Source of the DNA: an uncultured Acidimicrobiia bacterium
GTDB lineage: Bacteria; Actinomycetota; Acidimicrobiia; Acidimicrobiales; AC-14
Direction: 5' to 3'
Assembly: GCA_963836205.1 (NCBI GenBank)
Contig: CAWIIV010000015.1
Location: 384,001 to 448,000 of the forward strand
DNA: 64,000 bases
Part shown: in pieces, positions 12,220 to 20,689 of the stretch
Numbering within the stretch: position 1 is the stretch's first letter
Layout of the letters: every line of letters begins with the position of its first letter
The notes under the pieces: model-generated
Databases searched by the model: none
The model's input: the letters and a program-made list of their open reading frames with translations, nothing else
What the model was told of the DNA's origin: nothing
Position numbers and translations under genes: made by a program

Positions 12220-12235
12220 GAGGAAGGTTGGGACG

Positions 12236-12829
12236 ATGAGGGCGAGGAACTTCAAGATCAAGAGAACGGCGGGGGCACTGCTGGCCGGTGTGGTCGGCAT
12301 GCTGGCGGCGGCGATGTTGACCGCGGCTCCCGGTGCCGCGCAGACCGGCCTGACCAGCGGCGATGCGGTCGCCGCCGACGGCTCCACCGCGTCGGGCACC
12401 GCGTTCGCCGCCGACAACTCGACCGCGTCGGGCGACGCCACCGCCATCCACGATTCGACCGCGTCGGGCACCGCCGTCGCCGTCGACGGCTCCACCGCGT
12501 CGGGATGCGCCCAGGCGTTCGACGACTCCACCGCGTCCGGCAGCGCCATCGCCGTCGGTGGCTCCACCGCGTCCGGCGGGAGCGGGGTGTGCCCGGCGGA
12601 GGCCACGCCGACCGTCCCCACCACCGTCGGCCCATCCGAGACCACGGTCCCCACCACCGCGCCCCCGGCGACGACTCCTCCCGCCACCACCGGGACCACG
12701 CCGGTGTTGGCCCGCACCGGGTCGAGCGTGCTCGCCGTCGCCGCCACCGGCATCGTCGTGGCCCTCGCCGGCGGGCTGCTCCTCGGCTACGCGTCGCGGC
12801 GGTGGCCGGTGGCCTTCTACGGCTGGTAG
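12236..12829 (+). CDS. Secreted, sortase-type surface protein with six 12-aa SGxAxAxxxSTA repeats
   Basis: Signal peptide, 12-aa repeats, Pro/Thr stalk, then 'LARTG' + hydrophobic helix + RR (LPXTG-like sorting signal). Confidence 0.8.
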   Translation: MRARNFKIKRTAGALLAGVVGMLAAAMLTAAPGAAQTGLTSGDAVAADGSTASGTAFAADNSTASGDATAIHDSTASGTAVAVDGSTASGCAQAFDDSTASGSAIAVGGSTASGGSGVCPAEATPTVPTTVGPSETTVPTTAPPATTPPATTGTTPVLARTGSSVLAVAATGIVVALAGGLLLGYASRRWPVAFYGW

Positions 12830-12835
12830 CGGGCG

Positions 12836-14623
12836 TCAGTCATAGGTGGCCTCCACCGCCCACCGGCCACCTTCGACCACCAGCAGGTAGGCGGCGCCGT
12901 CGGCGGTGACGACCTGGGTGCGAGCCCGGCGGCGGTGGGCCGCCGGGTCCCACCATCGCTCGTCGACCGGCCACGGCCCGGCCCACGCCACCACGTCGGC
13001 CGGCGGCCGTCCCGCGACCGCCACCCGGGCGGGCGGGGCCGACACCGTCGCCCGGCCGGTGACCGCCACCACCCGGCCGGCGCCGTCGAGCACCTCCACC
13101 GGCGGGGGGACGGGGTGGACGGTGGCCGGTGCCGGCGGGGGGATTCGACCCGGCCACGGGGGGACGACGGCCGTTCCCTCGGCGAACTGAGGGTTCGGCG
13201 GCGGCGAGGGAGCGTCGCCCCACGGGACCAGGCGGGCCTGCTCCCACGGCCCTCGGCCCCCGGCGAGAGTGGCGGTGACCACCGACTCGGGACCGAGGAC
13301 GCCCTGCACCCGGGCCAGAGCCCGGGCGGCCCGCTCGGCGGCGGCCCGGTCGCCGCCCCAGAAGCCCAGTTGGCGACCATCGTCAGGCCCCACCTCGTCG
13401 GGCGTGAGGCGGAGGAGCACCAGTCCGCCGGTGGGGACGTCGGCGGCGGCCCCCCGCCCGGCCAGCCAGCCGTCGACCTGCCACCGCACCCGTTCGGCGA
13501 GGGCGGCCGGGGTGAGGCCGCCGTCGTGCCGCCATCGGCGGGCCAGCCACTCCCCGTGCTCGGTCTCGGCCTCCACCAGCACCCGGGTGGCGGCCAGGCC
13601 CCGGGTGGCCAGGGCCAGGTGGAGCTGCTCGGCCAGCGACCGGGCCAGGAAGGCCACCGTCTCCAACCGGTCGGCGGGCGGATCGATGGCGGCGGTGACG
13701 GCCAGGTCGGGGGGAGGGGTGCGGGCCGCGACCGGGCGTTCGTCGAGGCCCCGCGCCCGCCGGCAGGCGCCCGCCCCCTCGGTGCCGAACCGGGCCAGCA
13801 CCGCCGGCAGGGGCAGGGCGGCCAGGTCGCCCACGGTGCGGATGCCGAGGCGGACGAGGAGGTCGGCCCGGTCGGTGTCGCCGGTCGTGGCCGCCGCCAC
13901 CGGGAACCCGGCCAGGAACGCCCGGCTCCCGCCGCGGGGCACCACCACCGGCCCGCCGGACGACGTGGACGACAGGGCGGCCAGCTCGGCCGCCAGCCGG
14001 CCGTCGGCCACCCCCACCCGGCAGCGGGGGGCACCGGCCGCAATCCCCGCCAGGACCCCGTCGACCGCCGCGGCCACCTTCGCCGCCAGTGACGCGTCGC
14101 CGCCGAAATAACGGGACGGGCCCCGGGTGGCGAAGGCGCACACCCCCGGACGCACGATCTCCACCCCCGGCGTGAACGCCTCGACGGCGGCCACCACCGG
14201 CTCGAACGCCCGGGCGTCGCGGCCGGGGTCGTCGGCCACCACGACCACCTGCGGGCAACGGGACTCGGCCTGCCGCCGACGCAACCCTCGCTCCACGCCC
14301 TCGGCCCGGGCTGCCTCCGAGCACGCCACCACCCGGTTGGCGAAGACCACCGCCACCTTCGCCGCGCCCAACCGAAGACGGTCACCAGTTGCCAGGTGAC
14401 CCGACGCCCCCACCGGGGCCTCTCCCAACTGGTGACGGTTTTGGGGGTCAGGGCCACCGAAAACGTCACCAGTTGCGAGATGATCCGACGCCCCCACCGG
14501 GGCCTCTCCCAACTGGTGACAGTTTTGGGGGTCAGGGCCACCGAAAACGTCACCAGTTGCCAGGTGGCCCGACGCCACCACCGGCCAGTCGGGACAGTGC
14601 ACGACCAGCAGGCGTTCAGTCAC
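12836..14623 (-). CDS. imuB: ImuB-type Y-family DNA polymerase-like protein
   Basis: 'CPDWPVVA', 'ARAEGVERGLRRRQAESRCP', 'GPSRYFGG', 'WPGRIPPPAP' and 'WAGPWPVDERWWD' of actinobacterial ImuB; downstream of imuA. Confidence 0.9.
   Translation of the reverse strand: MTERLLVVHCPDWPVVASGHLATGDVFGGPDPQNCHQLGEAPVGASDHLATGDVFGGPDPQNRHQLGEAPVGASGHLATGDRLRLGAAKVAVVFANRVVACSEAARAEGVERGLRRRQAESRCPQVVVVADDPGRDARAFEPVVAAVEAFTPGVEIVRPGVCAFATRGPSRYFGGDASLAAKVAAAVDGVLAGIAAGAPRCRVGVADGRLAAELAALSSTSSGGPVVVPRGGSRAFLAGFPVAAATTGDTDRADLLVRLGIRTVGDLAALPLPAVLARFGTEGAGACRRARGLDERPVAARTPPPDLAVTAAIDPPADRLETVAFLARSLAEQLHLALATRGLAATRVLVEAETEHGEWLARRWRHDGGLTPAALAERVRWQVDGWLAGRGAAADVPTGGLVLLRLTPDEVGPDDGRQLGFWGGDRAAAERAARALARVQGVLGPESVVTATLAGGRGPWEQARLVPWGDAPSPPPNPQFAEGTAVVPPWPGRIPPPAPATVHPVPPPVEVLDGAGRVVAVTGRATVSAPPARVAVAGRPPADVVAWAGPWPVDERWWDPAAHRRRARTQVVTADGAAYLLVVEGGRWAVEATYD
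14381..14576. repeat. 84-bp tandem repeat (about 2.3 copies) built from alternating inverted 11-mers GTCACCAGTTG/CAACTGGTGAC, in frame inside imuB
   Basis: 11-mers at 14381, 14426 (reverse complement), 14465, 14510 (reverse complement) and 14549. Encodes repeats of the 28-aa unit HLATGDVFGGPDPQNxHQLGEAPVGASx. Confidence 0.92.
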
Positions 14624-14626
14624 GGG

Positions 14627-15382
14627 TCACCCGACCTCCTGGAAGCCGACGTCACTGCCGCCGACGCCGTCACTTCCGGCAGGGGCCACCGACGCCACCG
14701 CGCCCATCGGATCCGGCAGCCAGAGCAACGCCCGCCGCTCTCGGGACGCCGCCCCCCGACCGCCACCCACCACTTCCACCCGCCGGGCCCGCAGGCGCCC
14801 GTGCCCCGGCCCCGGACCGACCCACTCCGAGCGGACCACCGCCAGCCGGATGTCGGCCGCCTCCGGCCAACCCCCCGCAGCCACCACCAGCACCGACCCC
14901 CGCTCCCGGGCCCGGGCCGCCAGCCGCCGGGCGTCGGCCGGCCGCACCGAACCCGAGCCCGAGCCCGACCCCGACGGCGGCCAGGCCAGGACCACGTCGA
15001 GGGCGTCGAGGAGGGTGGCCACCACCCACGCCCACCCCCCGGGGCCGGTGGCCGACGGATCCGGCGCCGGCACCAGGGGAAACCGCTCGAGGACGATGCC
15101 GAGCTCGGCCGCCGCCACCAGGCCCAACGCGGGCCGGCCCACCGCCCCGCACCACGACCCCGACGCCGACGCGGCCGCGGCCAGGGCCAACGCCAACGAC
15201 GACGACCCCTCCACCGCCACGACCGATCCCCGCCGCAGCCCCCGCTCGGGCAGCAACGGCTGGAGGGCGGCCAGCACCGGCAGCCGCTGGTCGGCCGCCA
15301 AGGACACCGGCGCCGCCCGCTCCACCAACACGCCCGGGATGGCCGGCTTCCCCATCGCGAGCTCCCGGGCGGCCACGACCAT
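14627..15382 (-). CDS. imuA: ImuA'-like (RecA-fold) mutasome protein
   Basis: 'LPVLAALQPLLPERGLRRGSVV', 'GLVAAAELG' and 'ARRLAARARERGSVL', characteristic of the Rv3395c-like family. Confidence 0.85.
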   Translation of the reverse strand: MVVAARELAMGKPAIPGVLVERAAPVSLAADQRLPVLAALQPLLPERGLRRGSVVAVEGSSSLALALAAAASASGSWCGAVGRPALGLVAAAELGIVLERFPLVPAPDPSATGPGGWAWVVATLLDALDVVLAWPPSGSGSGSGSVRPADARRLAARARERGSVLVVAAGGWPEAADIRLAVVRSEWVGPGPGHGRLRARRVEVVGGGRGAASRERRALLWLPDPMGAVASVAPAGSDGVGGSDVGFQEVG

Positions 15383-15387
15383 GCCCC

Positions 15388-15429
15388 ACTGTAGGTGAGG
15401 CCAGGGCCAGTGGTCGAATGTATGTTCGT
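15388..15429 (-). promoter_or_regulatory. LexA (SOS) box and leaderless promoter of imuAB
   Basis: Minus strand ACGAAC-ATAC-ATTCGA (15414-15429) versus the actinobacterial consensus TCGAAC-N4-GTTCGA; TACAGT -10 element 5 nt before the ATG. Confidence 0.75.
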
Positions 15430-15528
15430 CTCTTTCGGGGCCCGCCGGGAAACGGGTTGGGACCCTTGCCGCGCCCCGGGGGACCTTCGCCTCTGGGACC
15501 ACGACCCCGCGTTCACGATGCTGGCACC

Positions 15529-16933
15529 ATGTACAGCCCCAACCCGACCTCCTCCCGGCGCGACAGCCTGTCCGCCTTCTCCGTGGGCCTCGCCGCCCTC
15601 GCCCTGCTCACCGCCATGGTGGCGGTCGGCTTCGGCGTCCGGGCGGTGGACGAGAACGGCACCGACGTCGTCGCCGGCGGGCAGACGAGCACCGCCCCCG
15701 CCACCGCGTCCGTCGACCTCACCGAGTTCGACATCCCGACCACCTCCGTCGCCGTCGGCGGCTCCCTCCACGTGACCAACACCGGCGCCACCGCCCACAA
15801 CCTGGTGGTCGACGAGATCGGCGTCGCCACCGACGAGCTCGGCTCGGGTGCCAGCCAGCACCTCGCCCTCACCGGCGTCGCCGCCGGCACCTACACCATG
15901 TTCTGCTCGATCCCCGGCCACCGTGAGGCCGGCATGCAGGCCAAGCTCACCGTCGCCGGCACCCCGGCCGCCACCGGGCGGCGACCACCGCCGGACAAGC
16001 CAGCGACGCCCCGTCACACGAGGGCATGGACTACCAGGCCATGACCCAGGCCATGCTCGAGACCATGGGCCAGTTCCCGGCCTCGACCGAGGGCGTCGGC
16101 AACACCGACCTCCAGCCGACCGAGGTCACCGCCGACGGCGTGAAGGTGTTCGACCTGGTCGCCGCCATCACCAAGTAGGAGCGGGCCCCGGGCGACGTGG
16201 TCGACGCCTGGAGCTACAACGGCGTGGTTCCCGCCCCGTCCATCCACCTCCAGGTGGGCGACCGAGCCCAGTTCCGCCTCCGCAACGACCTCCCCATCGC
16301 AACCGACCTCCACCTGCACGGCCTCAACGTCGAGAACCGGTTCGACGGGATCGCCCCGCTCACCCAGCCCCTGATCGAGCCGGGCGCCACCTTCACCTAC
16401 GAGTACACCGCCGACGAGGTGTCGGTGGCCATGTACCACCCCCACTTCCACTCCCAGGTGGGCCTGCCCAACGGGATGTTCGGCACCATCTTCGTGGGCC
16501 AGGTGCCGATCCCCCAGGGTCGCACCATCGGCGGAGAGGTGGTCCCCGCCGACATGCAGATCGCCCAGGACTTCCCCATGGTCCTCAACGACGCGGGCGT
16601 GATCGGCTACAGCTCAACGGCAAGAGCTTCCCCGCCACCGCCCCCATCGTGGCCGGCACCGGCCAGTGGGTGCTCTTCCACTACTTCAACGAGGGCACCC
16701 AGATCCACCCGATGCACCTCCACCAGTTCGACCAGATCGTGATCGCCAAGGACGGGTTCACCCTCGACCAGCCCTACGTCGCCGACACCCTCAACGTGGC
16801 TCCCGGCGAGCGGTACTCGGTGCTCGTCAACCTGGACAAGGCCGGCACCTGGGTCTGGCACTGCCACATCCTTCCCCACGTCGAGGACGAGGACGGGATG
16901 TTCGGGATGGTCACCGCGGTGGTCGTCCAGTAG
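15529..16933 (+). pseudogene. Cupredoxin + multicopper oxidase, disrupted (frameshifts near 16000 and 16612; TAG at 16176)
   Basis: 'FCSIPGHREAGM', 'LHLHG', 'MYHPH', 'HPMHLH' and 'WHCHILPH..GMFGM' copper motifs are spread over three frames. Confidence 0.8.
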
Positions 16934-16963
16934 TCGCCCCCCGAAAATCGCCGCAGCGGGCGG

Positions 16964-16998
16964 GTCACGGGGCAGGACGTACAGTCCTGCCTCGTGAC
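16964..16998 (+). promoter_or_regulatory. 15-bp stem-loop overlapping the ppk2 start codon
   Basis: GTCACGGGGCAGGAC-GTACA-GTCCTGCCTCGTGAC; the GTG at 16994 is inside the 3' arm. Confidence 0.45.
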
Positions 16999-17806
16999 GA
17001 CACGTGATGCCGACCGCTGGCGGGTGCCACCGGGCACGACCGTCGACCTCACCGCCATCGATCCCGGCAGCACCGACGGGATGCCGGCGAAGGACAGGGC
17101 GGCCGTGGTCGTGCCCGACCTCCACGACCGGCTCCGCAGCCTCCAGGAACGGCTCTTCGCCGAGCACCGGCAGTCGCTGCTGATCGTCCTCCAGGCGATC
17201 GACGCCGGCGGCAAGGACGGGACGATCAAGCACCTCTTCGGCGGCCTCAACCCGGCCGGCGCCCAGGTGGTGTCGTTCGGCGTGCCGTCGGAGGACGAGC
17301 TCGCCCACGACTTCCTGTGGCGGGTCCACCAGCGCACGCCGGCCAAGGGCAACGTGGTGGTGTTCAACCGCTCGCACTACGAGGACGTCCTCGTGGTTCG
17401 CGTGAAGGACCTGGTCCCGGAGGAGGTGTGGCGTCCCCGCTACAAGCTCATCAACCACTTCGAGGCCAACCTGGCCGCGGCCGGGACCACGATCGTGAAG
17501 GTCTTCCTCCACATCTCCAAGGAGGAGCAGGCCGAGCGCTTCCGCGATCGCCTCGACGACCCCACCAAGTGCTGGAAGTTCCGGGTCGGCGACCTCGACG
17601 ACCGGGCCCGGTGGGACGACTACCGCCAGGCGTTCGAGGAGGCCATCACCCGCACGTCGACCGAGCAGGCGCCGTGGTACGTGGTGCCCGCCGACCATAA
17701 GTGGTACCGCAACTGGGCCGTCAACCGCATCGTGGTGGAAACCCTGGAGGCGATGGACCCCCGCTACCCGCCCTGCGACGAGCTCAAGGGCGTCGTGATC
17801 AGCTAG
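16994..17806 (+). CDS. ppk2: Polyphosphate kinase 2 family protein
   Basis: 'QAIDAGGKDGTIK', 'HDFLWR', 'FNRSHYEDVLVVRV' and 'APWYVVPADHKWYR'. Confidence 0.93.
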   Translation: MTTRDADRWRVPPGTTVDLTAIDPGSTDGMPAKDRAAVVVPDLHDRLRSLQERLFAEHRQSLLIVLQAIDAGGKDGTIKHLFGGLNPAGAQVVSFGVPSEDELAHDFLWRVHQRTPAKGNVVVFNRSHYEDVLVVRVKDLVPEEVWRPRYKLINHFEANLAAAGTTIVKVFLHISKEEQAERFRDRLDDPTKCWKFRVGDLDDRARWDDYRQAFEEAITRTSTEQAPWYVVPADHKWYRNWAVNRIVVETLEAMDPRYPPCDELKGVVIS

Positions 17807-17846
17807 ACGGGCTGGATCAGCTGGACGGCTGGATCAGCTGGACGGG
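17797..17846. repeat. Three 17-18-bp direct repeats (GATCAGCTRGACGG..) between convergent genes
   Basis: gatcagctagacgggctg / gatcagctggacggctg / gatcagctggacggg. Confidence 0.7.
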
Positions 17847-18160
17847 CCGGCCATGGGGTCGACGACCTCGACGCCCTCCCGGTAGTACGTGAACAGGTCG
17901 CGGATGATGTCGCCCATGCCCTCGGTGTCGGCGCCCGCCTTGAGGTCGACGGTGACCATGTTGGAGTAGATGTGGACGCCCTCCACCCCGCCGGCGGCGA
18001 ACAGGCGGCGGGCCAGCTCGTCGACCGGCTTGTCGCGGGTGGCGTCGGACGCGGTCTTGAACCGCTCGTGGCCCATCCCCGACAGGCTGCGGTTGAGCTC
18101 GAAGATGGCGACATCGGGGCGGACCGACGGCTTCCTGGTGACGGTGATCAGCTGGCCCAT
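17834..18160 (-). CDS. Small protein resembling the NifU/Nfu N-terminal domain
   Basis: 'FELNRSLSG...LARRLF..GGVEGVHIYSNMVTV'. Confidence 0.6.
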   Translation of the reverse strand: MGQLITVTRKPSVRPDVAIFELNRSLSGMGHERFKTASDATRDKPVDELARRLFAAGGVEGVHIYSNMVTVDLKAGADTEGMGDIIRDLFTYYREGVEVVDPMAGPSS

Positions 18161-18250
18161 GCGGCCTGGACACTACTCACCGCCGGCACCCCCCATCGAC
18201 GCCGGATCGAAGACACGGCCCCCGGGAGCCCGCTGGGTACGATTCGGCCC

Positions 18251-19465
18251 GTGTCCGAACGGGAGCCGGTGCCGGTCCGCACCATCATGGCCACCATCGG
18301 GCTGGTTCTGGCCACCGCCCTCGGCATCTGGCTGATCCAGAAGGTCGCCCACACCCTCGCCCTGCTCGTCGTCTCCGCCTTCTTCGCCACCGTGCTCACG
18401 CCGGCGGTCGACCTCGTCAAGCGCACGCTCCACGTCAAGCGGGGACAGGCCACGGGCATCGTCTTCCTCCTTCTCCTCCTGACCCTGGCCGGGCTGATGT
18501 ACGCCTTCATCCGTCCCCTCGTCGACCAGACCACGGAGGCGGTCGACAAGTTCCCGCAGTACCTGAGCGACGCCCAGAAGGGCCAGGGACCGCTGGGCGG
18601 CCTGGTCCGCAAGTACGACCTCGAACGCCGCTACGAGGAGAACAAGGACAAGATCTCCGACGCCCTGAGCAAGTCGAGCAGCCGCCTGGTCGACTACGCC
18701 AGCAAGGCCTTCGCCGGCATCCTCTCCCTGCTCACGGTGCTGGTGCTGACGGTGATGATGGTGCTCTACGGCCCCGACCTGCTGAGCAGCGGCCTGGGGG
18801 CGCTCTCGCCACCAAAACGCGACCGGGTCAAGGCGGTGGCGGCCGACTGCGCCAAGGCCCTCACCGGCTACGTCATGGGCAACCTGCTCATCAGCGTGGT
18901 CGCGGGCTCGCTCACCTTCGTCGCCCTGTGGGTCTTCGGCGTGCCGTTCAAGGGGGTCCTCGCCCTGTGGACCGCTTTCGCCGACCTCATCCCCCTGGTG
19001 GGCGCCACCCTCGGCGCCATCCCCACCATCGGCGTCGCCTTCCTCCACTCGGTGCCCGCCGGGATCGGGATGCTGGTCTTCTACACGATCTACCAGCAGT
19101 TCGAGAACCACGTCCTCCAGCCCCAAATAATGTCCAAGACGGTGCAGATCAACCAGCTGTTCGTGCTGGTCAGCGTGCTCTTGGGGGTGGAGGTGTTCGG
19201 CATCCTGGGCGCGCTTCTGGCCATCCCCGCGGCGGGCGTGATCTCGGTGGTCGTCCGCGACCTGTGGGACAACCGCCGGGGCCGGTTCAAGGAGGAGCCC
19301 ACCATCGGCGAGGACGAGATCCCGGTCGACACCGCCATCGCCCACGAGGAGGCGGAGGAGGACCGGGAGGCGGAGGAGGAACGGGCGGCCGATGCCGACG
19401 ACCAGGACGACCCGGCGCCGACCCCGTCCCCGAGTGGCCCCGGCCCCGAACCGGGAGCCGACTGA
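18251..19465 (+). CDS. AI-2E family transporter
   Basis: Multiple TM helices; 'DLIPLVGA', 'YQQFENHVLQP' and 'GILGALLAIP'. Confidence 0.92.
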   Translation: MSEREPVPVRTIMATIGLVLATALGIWLIQKVAHTLALLVVSAFFATVLTPAVDLVKRTLHVKRGQATGIVFLLLLLTLAGLMYAFIRPLVDQTTEAVDKFPQYLSDAQKGQGPLGGLVRKYDLERRYEENKDKISDALSKSSSRLVDYASKAFAGILSLLTVLVLTVMMVLYGPDLLSSGLGALSPPKRDRVKAVAADCAKALTGYVMGNLLISVVAGSLTFVALWVFGVPFKGVLALWTAFADLIPLVGATLGAIPTIGVAFLHSVPAGIGMLVFYTIYQQFENHVLQPQIMSKTVQINQLFVLVSVLLGVEVFGILGALLAIPAAGVISVVVRDLWDNRRGRFKEEPTIGEDEIPVDTAIAHEEAEEDREAEEERAADADDQDDPAPTPSPSGPGPEPGAD

Positions 19466-20676
19466 TGCCCTCCGAGGTGGTGGAGGTCGAGGGCCACATC
19501 ATCGACTCGCTGATCCTGGCCAAGATCCTCGACGTGATCCTCGACGCGGGGGCCGACTACCGCCTGCTCGACTTCGACATCGGACGCACCAACACCGACG
19601 CCAGCCGGGCCCGCTTCGAGGTCACCGCCGACGACGACGACCTGCTGGGCGCGCTCCTCGACGAGCTCCACATCCACGGGGCCAACCGGGTGGTCACCGG
19701 CGACGCCGTCACCACCTTCGCCGACACCCCGGGCGTCCTGCCCGAGGGCTTCTACTCCACCACCAACCTGGCCACCGAGGTCCGCCTGCACGGGCGGTGG
19801 GTGCCGGTGGTCAACCCGGAGATGGACTGCGGGCTCGTGGTGCGCCCCGACGGGCAGGTCCGCACCATCCCCATGCACCGGGTGGTGGTGGGCGACGCCA
19901 TCGTGGTGGGCGCCGACGGGGTGCGGGTACGTCCCATGTCGCGTCCCCGCGGCCCGAGCCCGTTCGAGTTCATGAACTCCGACGTGTCCTCGGAGAAGCC
20001 CAAGGAGCTGCTGGTGTCCCAGGTGGCCGAGCGCATACGCCTGGCCCGGGCCGCGGGAGGCAAGATCCTCGCCGTGTGCGGGCCGGCGGTCGTCCACACC
20101 GGCGCCGCCCCCGACCTGGCCCGCCTGGTGCGGGGCGGGTGGGTCGACGTCCTCTTCGCCGGCAACGGCTTCGCCACCCACGACATCGAGTCCAACGTGC
20201 TGGGCACGTCGCTCGGCGTGCCCCTCGTCGGCACCCTGCCCCTGGAGGGGTCCCACAGCAACCACCTGCGGGTGATCAACGAGGTCCGTCGGCGGGGGTC
20301 GATCGCGGCTGCGGTGGCCGACGGGTTCATCCCCGGGGGCGTGATGTACGAGTGCGTGCGCCTGGGCATTCCCTTCGTGCTGGCCGGCTCGGTGCGCGAC
20401 GACGGTCCCCTCCCCGACGTCAAGACCGACATGGTGGAGGCGGCCGACGCCATGCGCGAGCTGGTTCCGGGGGTGACGGTGGCGCTCATGCTGGCGTCGA
20501 CCCTCCACGCCATCGCCACCGGCAACATGCTGCCTGCGGGGGTGGAGACATTCTGCGTCGACATCAACCAGGCGGTGGTCACCAAGCTCGCCGACCGGGG
20601 CAGCCACCAGGCGCTGGGGATCGTCACCGATGCCGGCCTGTTCCTCCACAGCCTGGCCGACCACCTCACCCCTTGA
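19465..20676 (+). CDS. TIGR00300/LOR-SDH family protein (AgrE/ArgZ C-terminal ornithine cyclodeaminase-like)
   Basis: 'EGHIIDS', 'PEGFYSTTN', 'EMDC', 'FEFMNSDVSSE', 'GNGFATHDIE', 'AGSVRDDGPLP' and 'KLADRGS'. Confidence 0.9.
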   Translation: MPSEVVEVEGHIIDSLILAKILDVILDAGADYRLLDFDIGRTNTDASRARFEVTADDDDLLGALLDELHIHGANRVVTGDAVTTFADTPGVLPEGFYSTTNLATEVRLHGRWVPVVNPEMDCGLVVRPDGQVRTIPMHRVVVGDAIVVGADGVRVRPMSRPRGPSPFEFMNSDVSSEKPKELLVSQVAERIRLARAAGGKILAVCGPAVVHTGAAPDLARLVRGGWVDVLFAGNGFATHDIESNVLGTSLGVPLVGTLPLEGSHSNHLRVINEVRRRGSIAAAVADGFIPGGVMYECVRLGIPFVLAGSVRDDGPLPDVKTDMVEAADAMRELVPGVTVALMLASTLHAIATGNMLPAGVETFCVDINQAVVTKLADRGSHQALGIVTDAGLFLHSLADHLTP

Positions 20677-20689
20677 CCGCCGGACCCCT

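Noticed and set aside
14381-14576. CRISPR array
   Set aside because: The segments between repeats are near-identical rather than unique spacers, the array lies in frame in imuB, and no cas genes are present.
16176-16178. Pyrrolysine or amber recoding
   Set aside because: The TAG replaces an expected Trp (one substitution), other genes use TAG as a stop, and no pyl genes are present.
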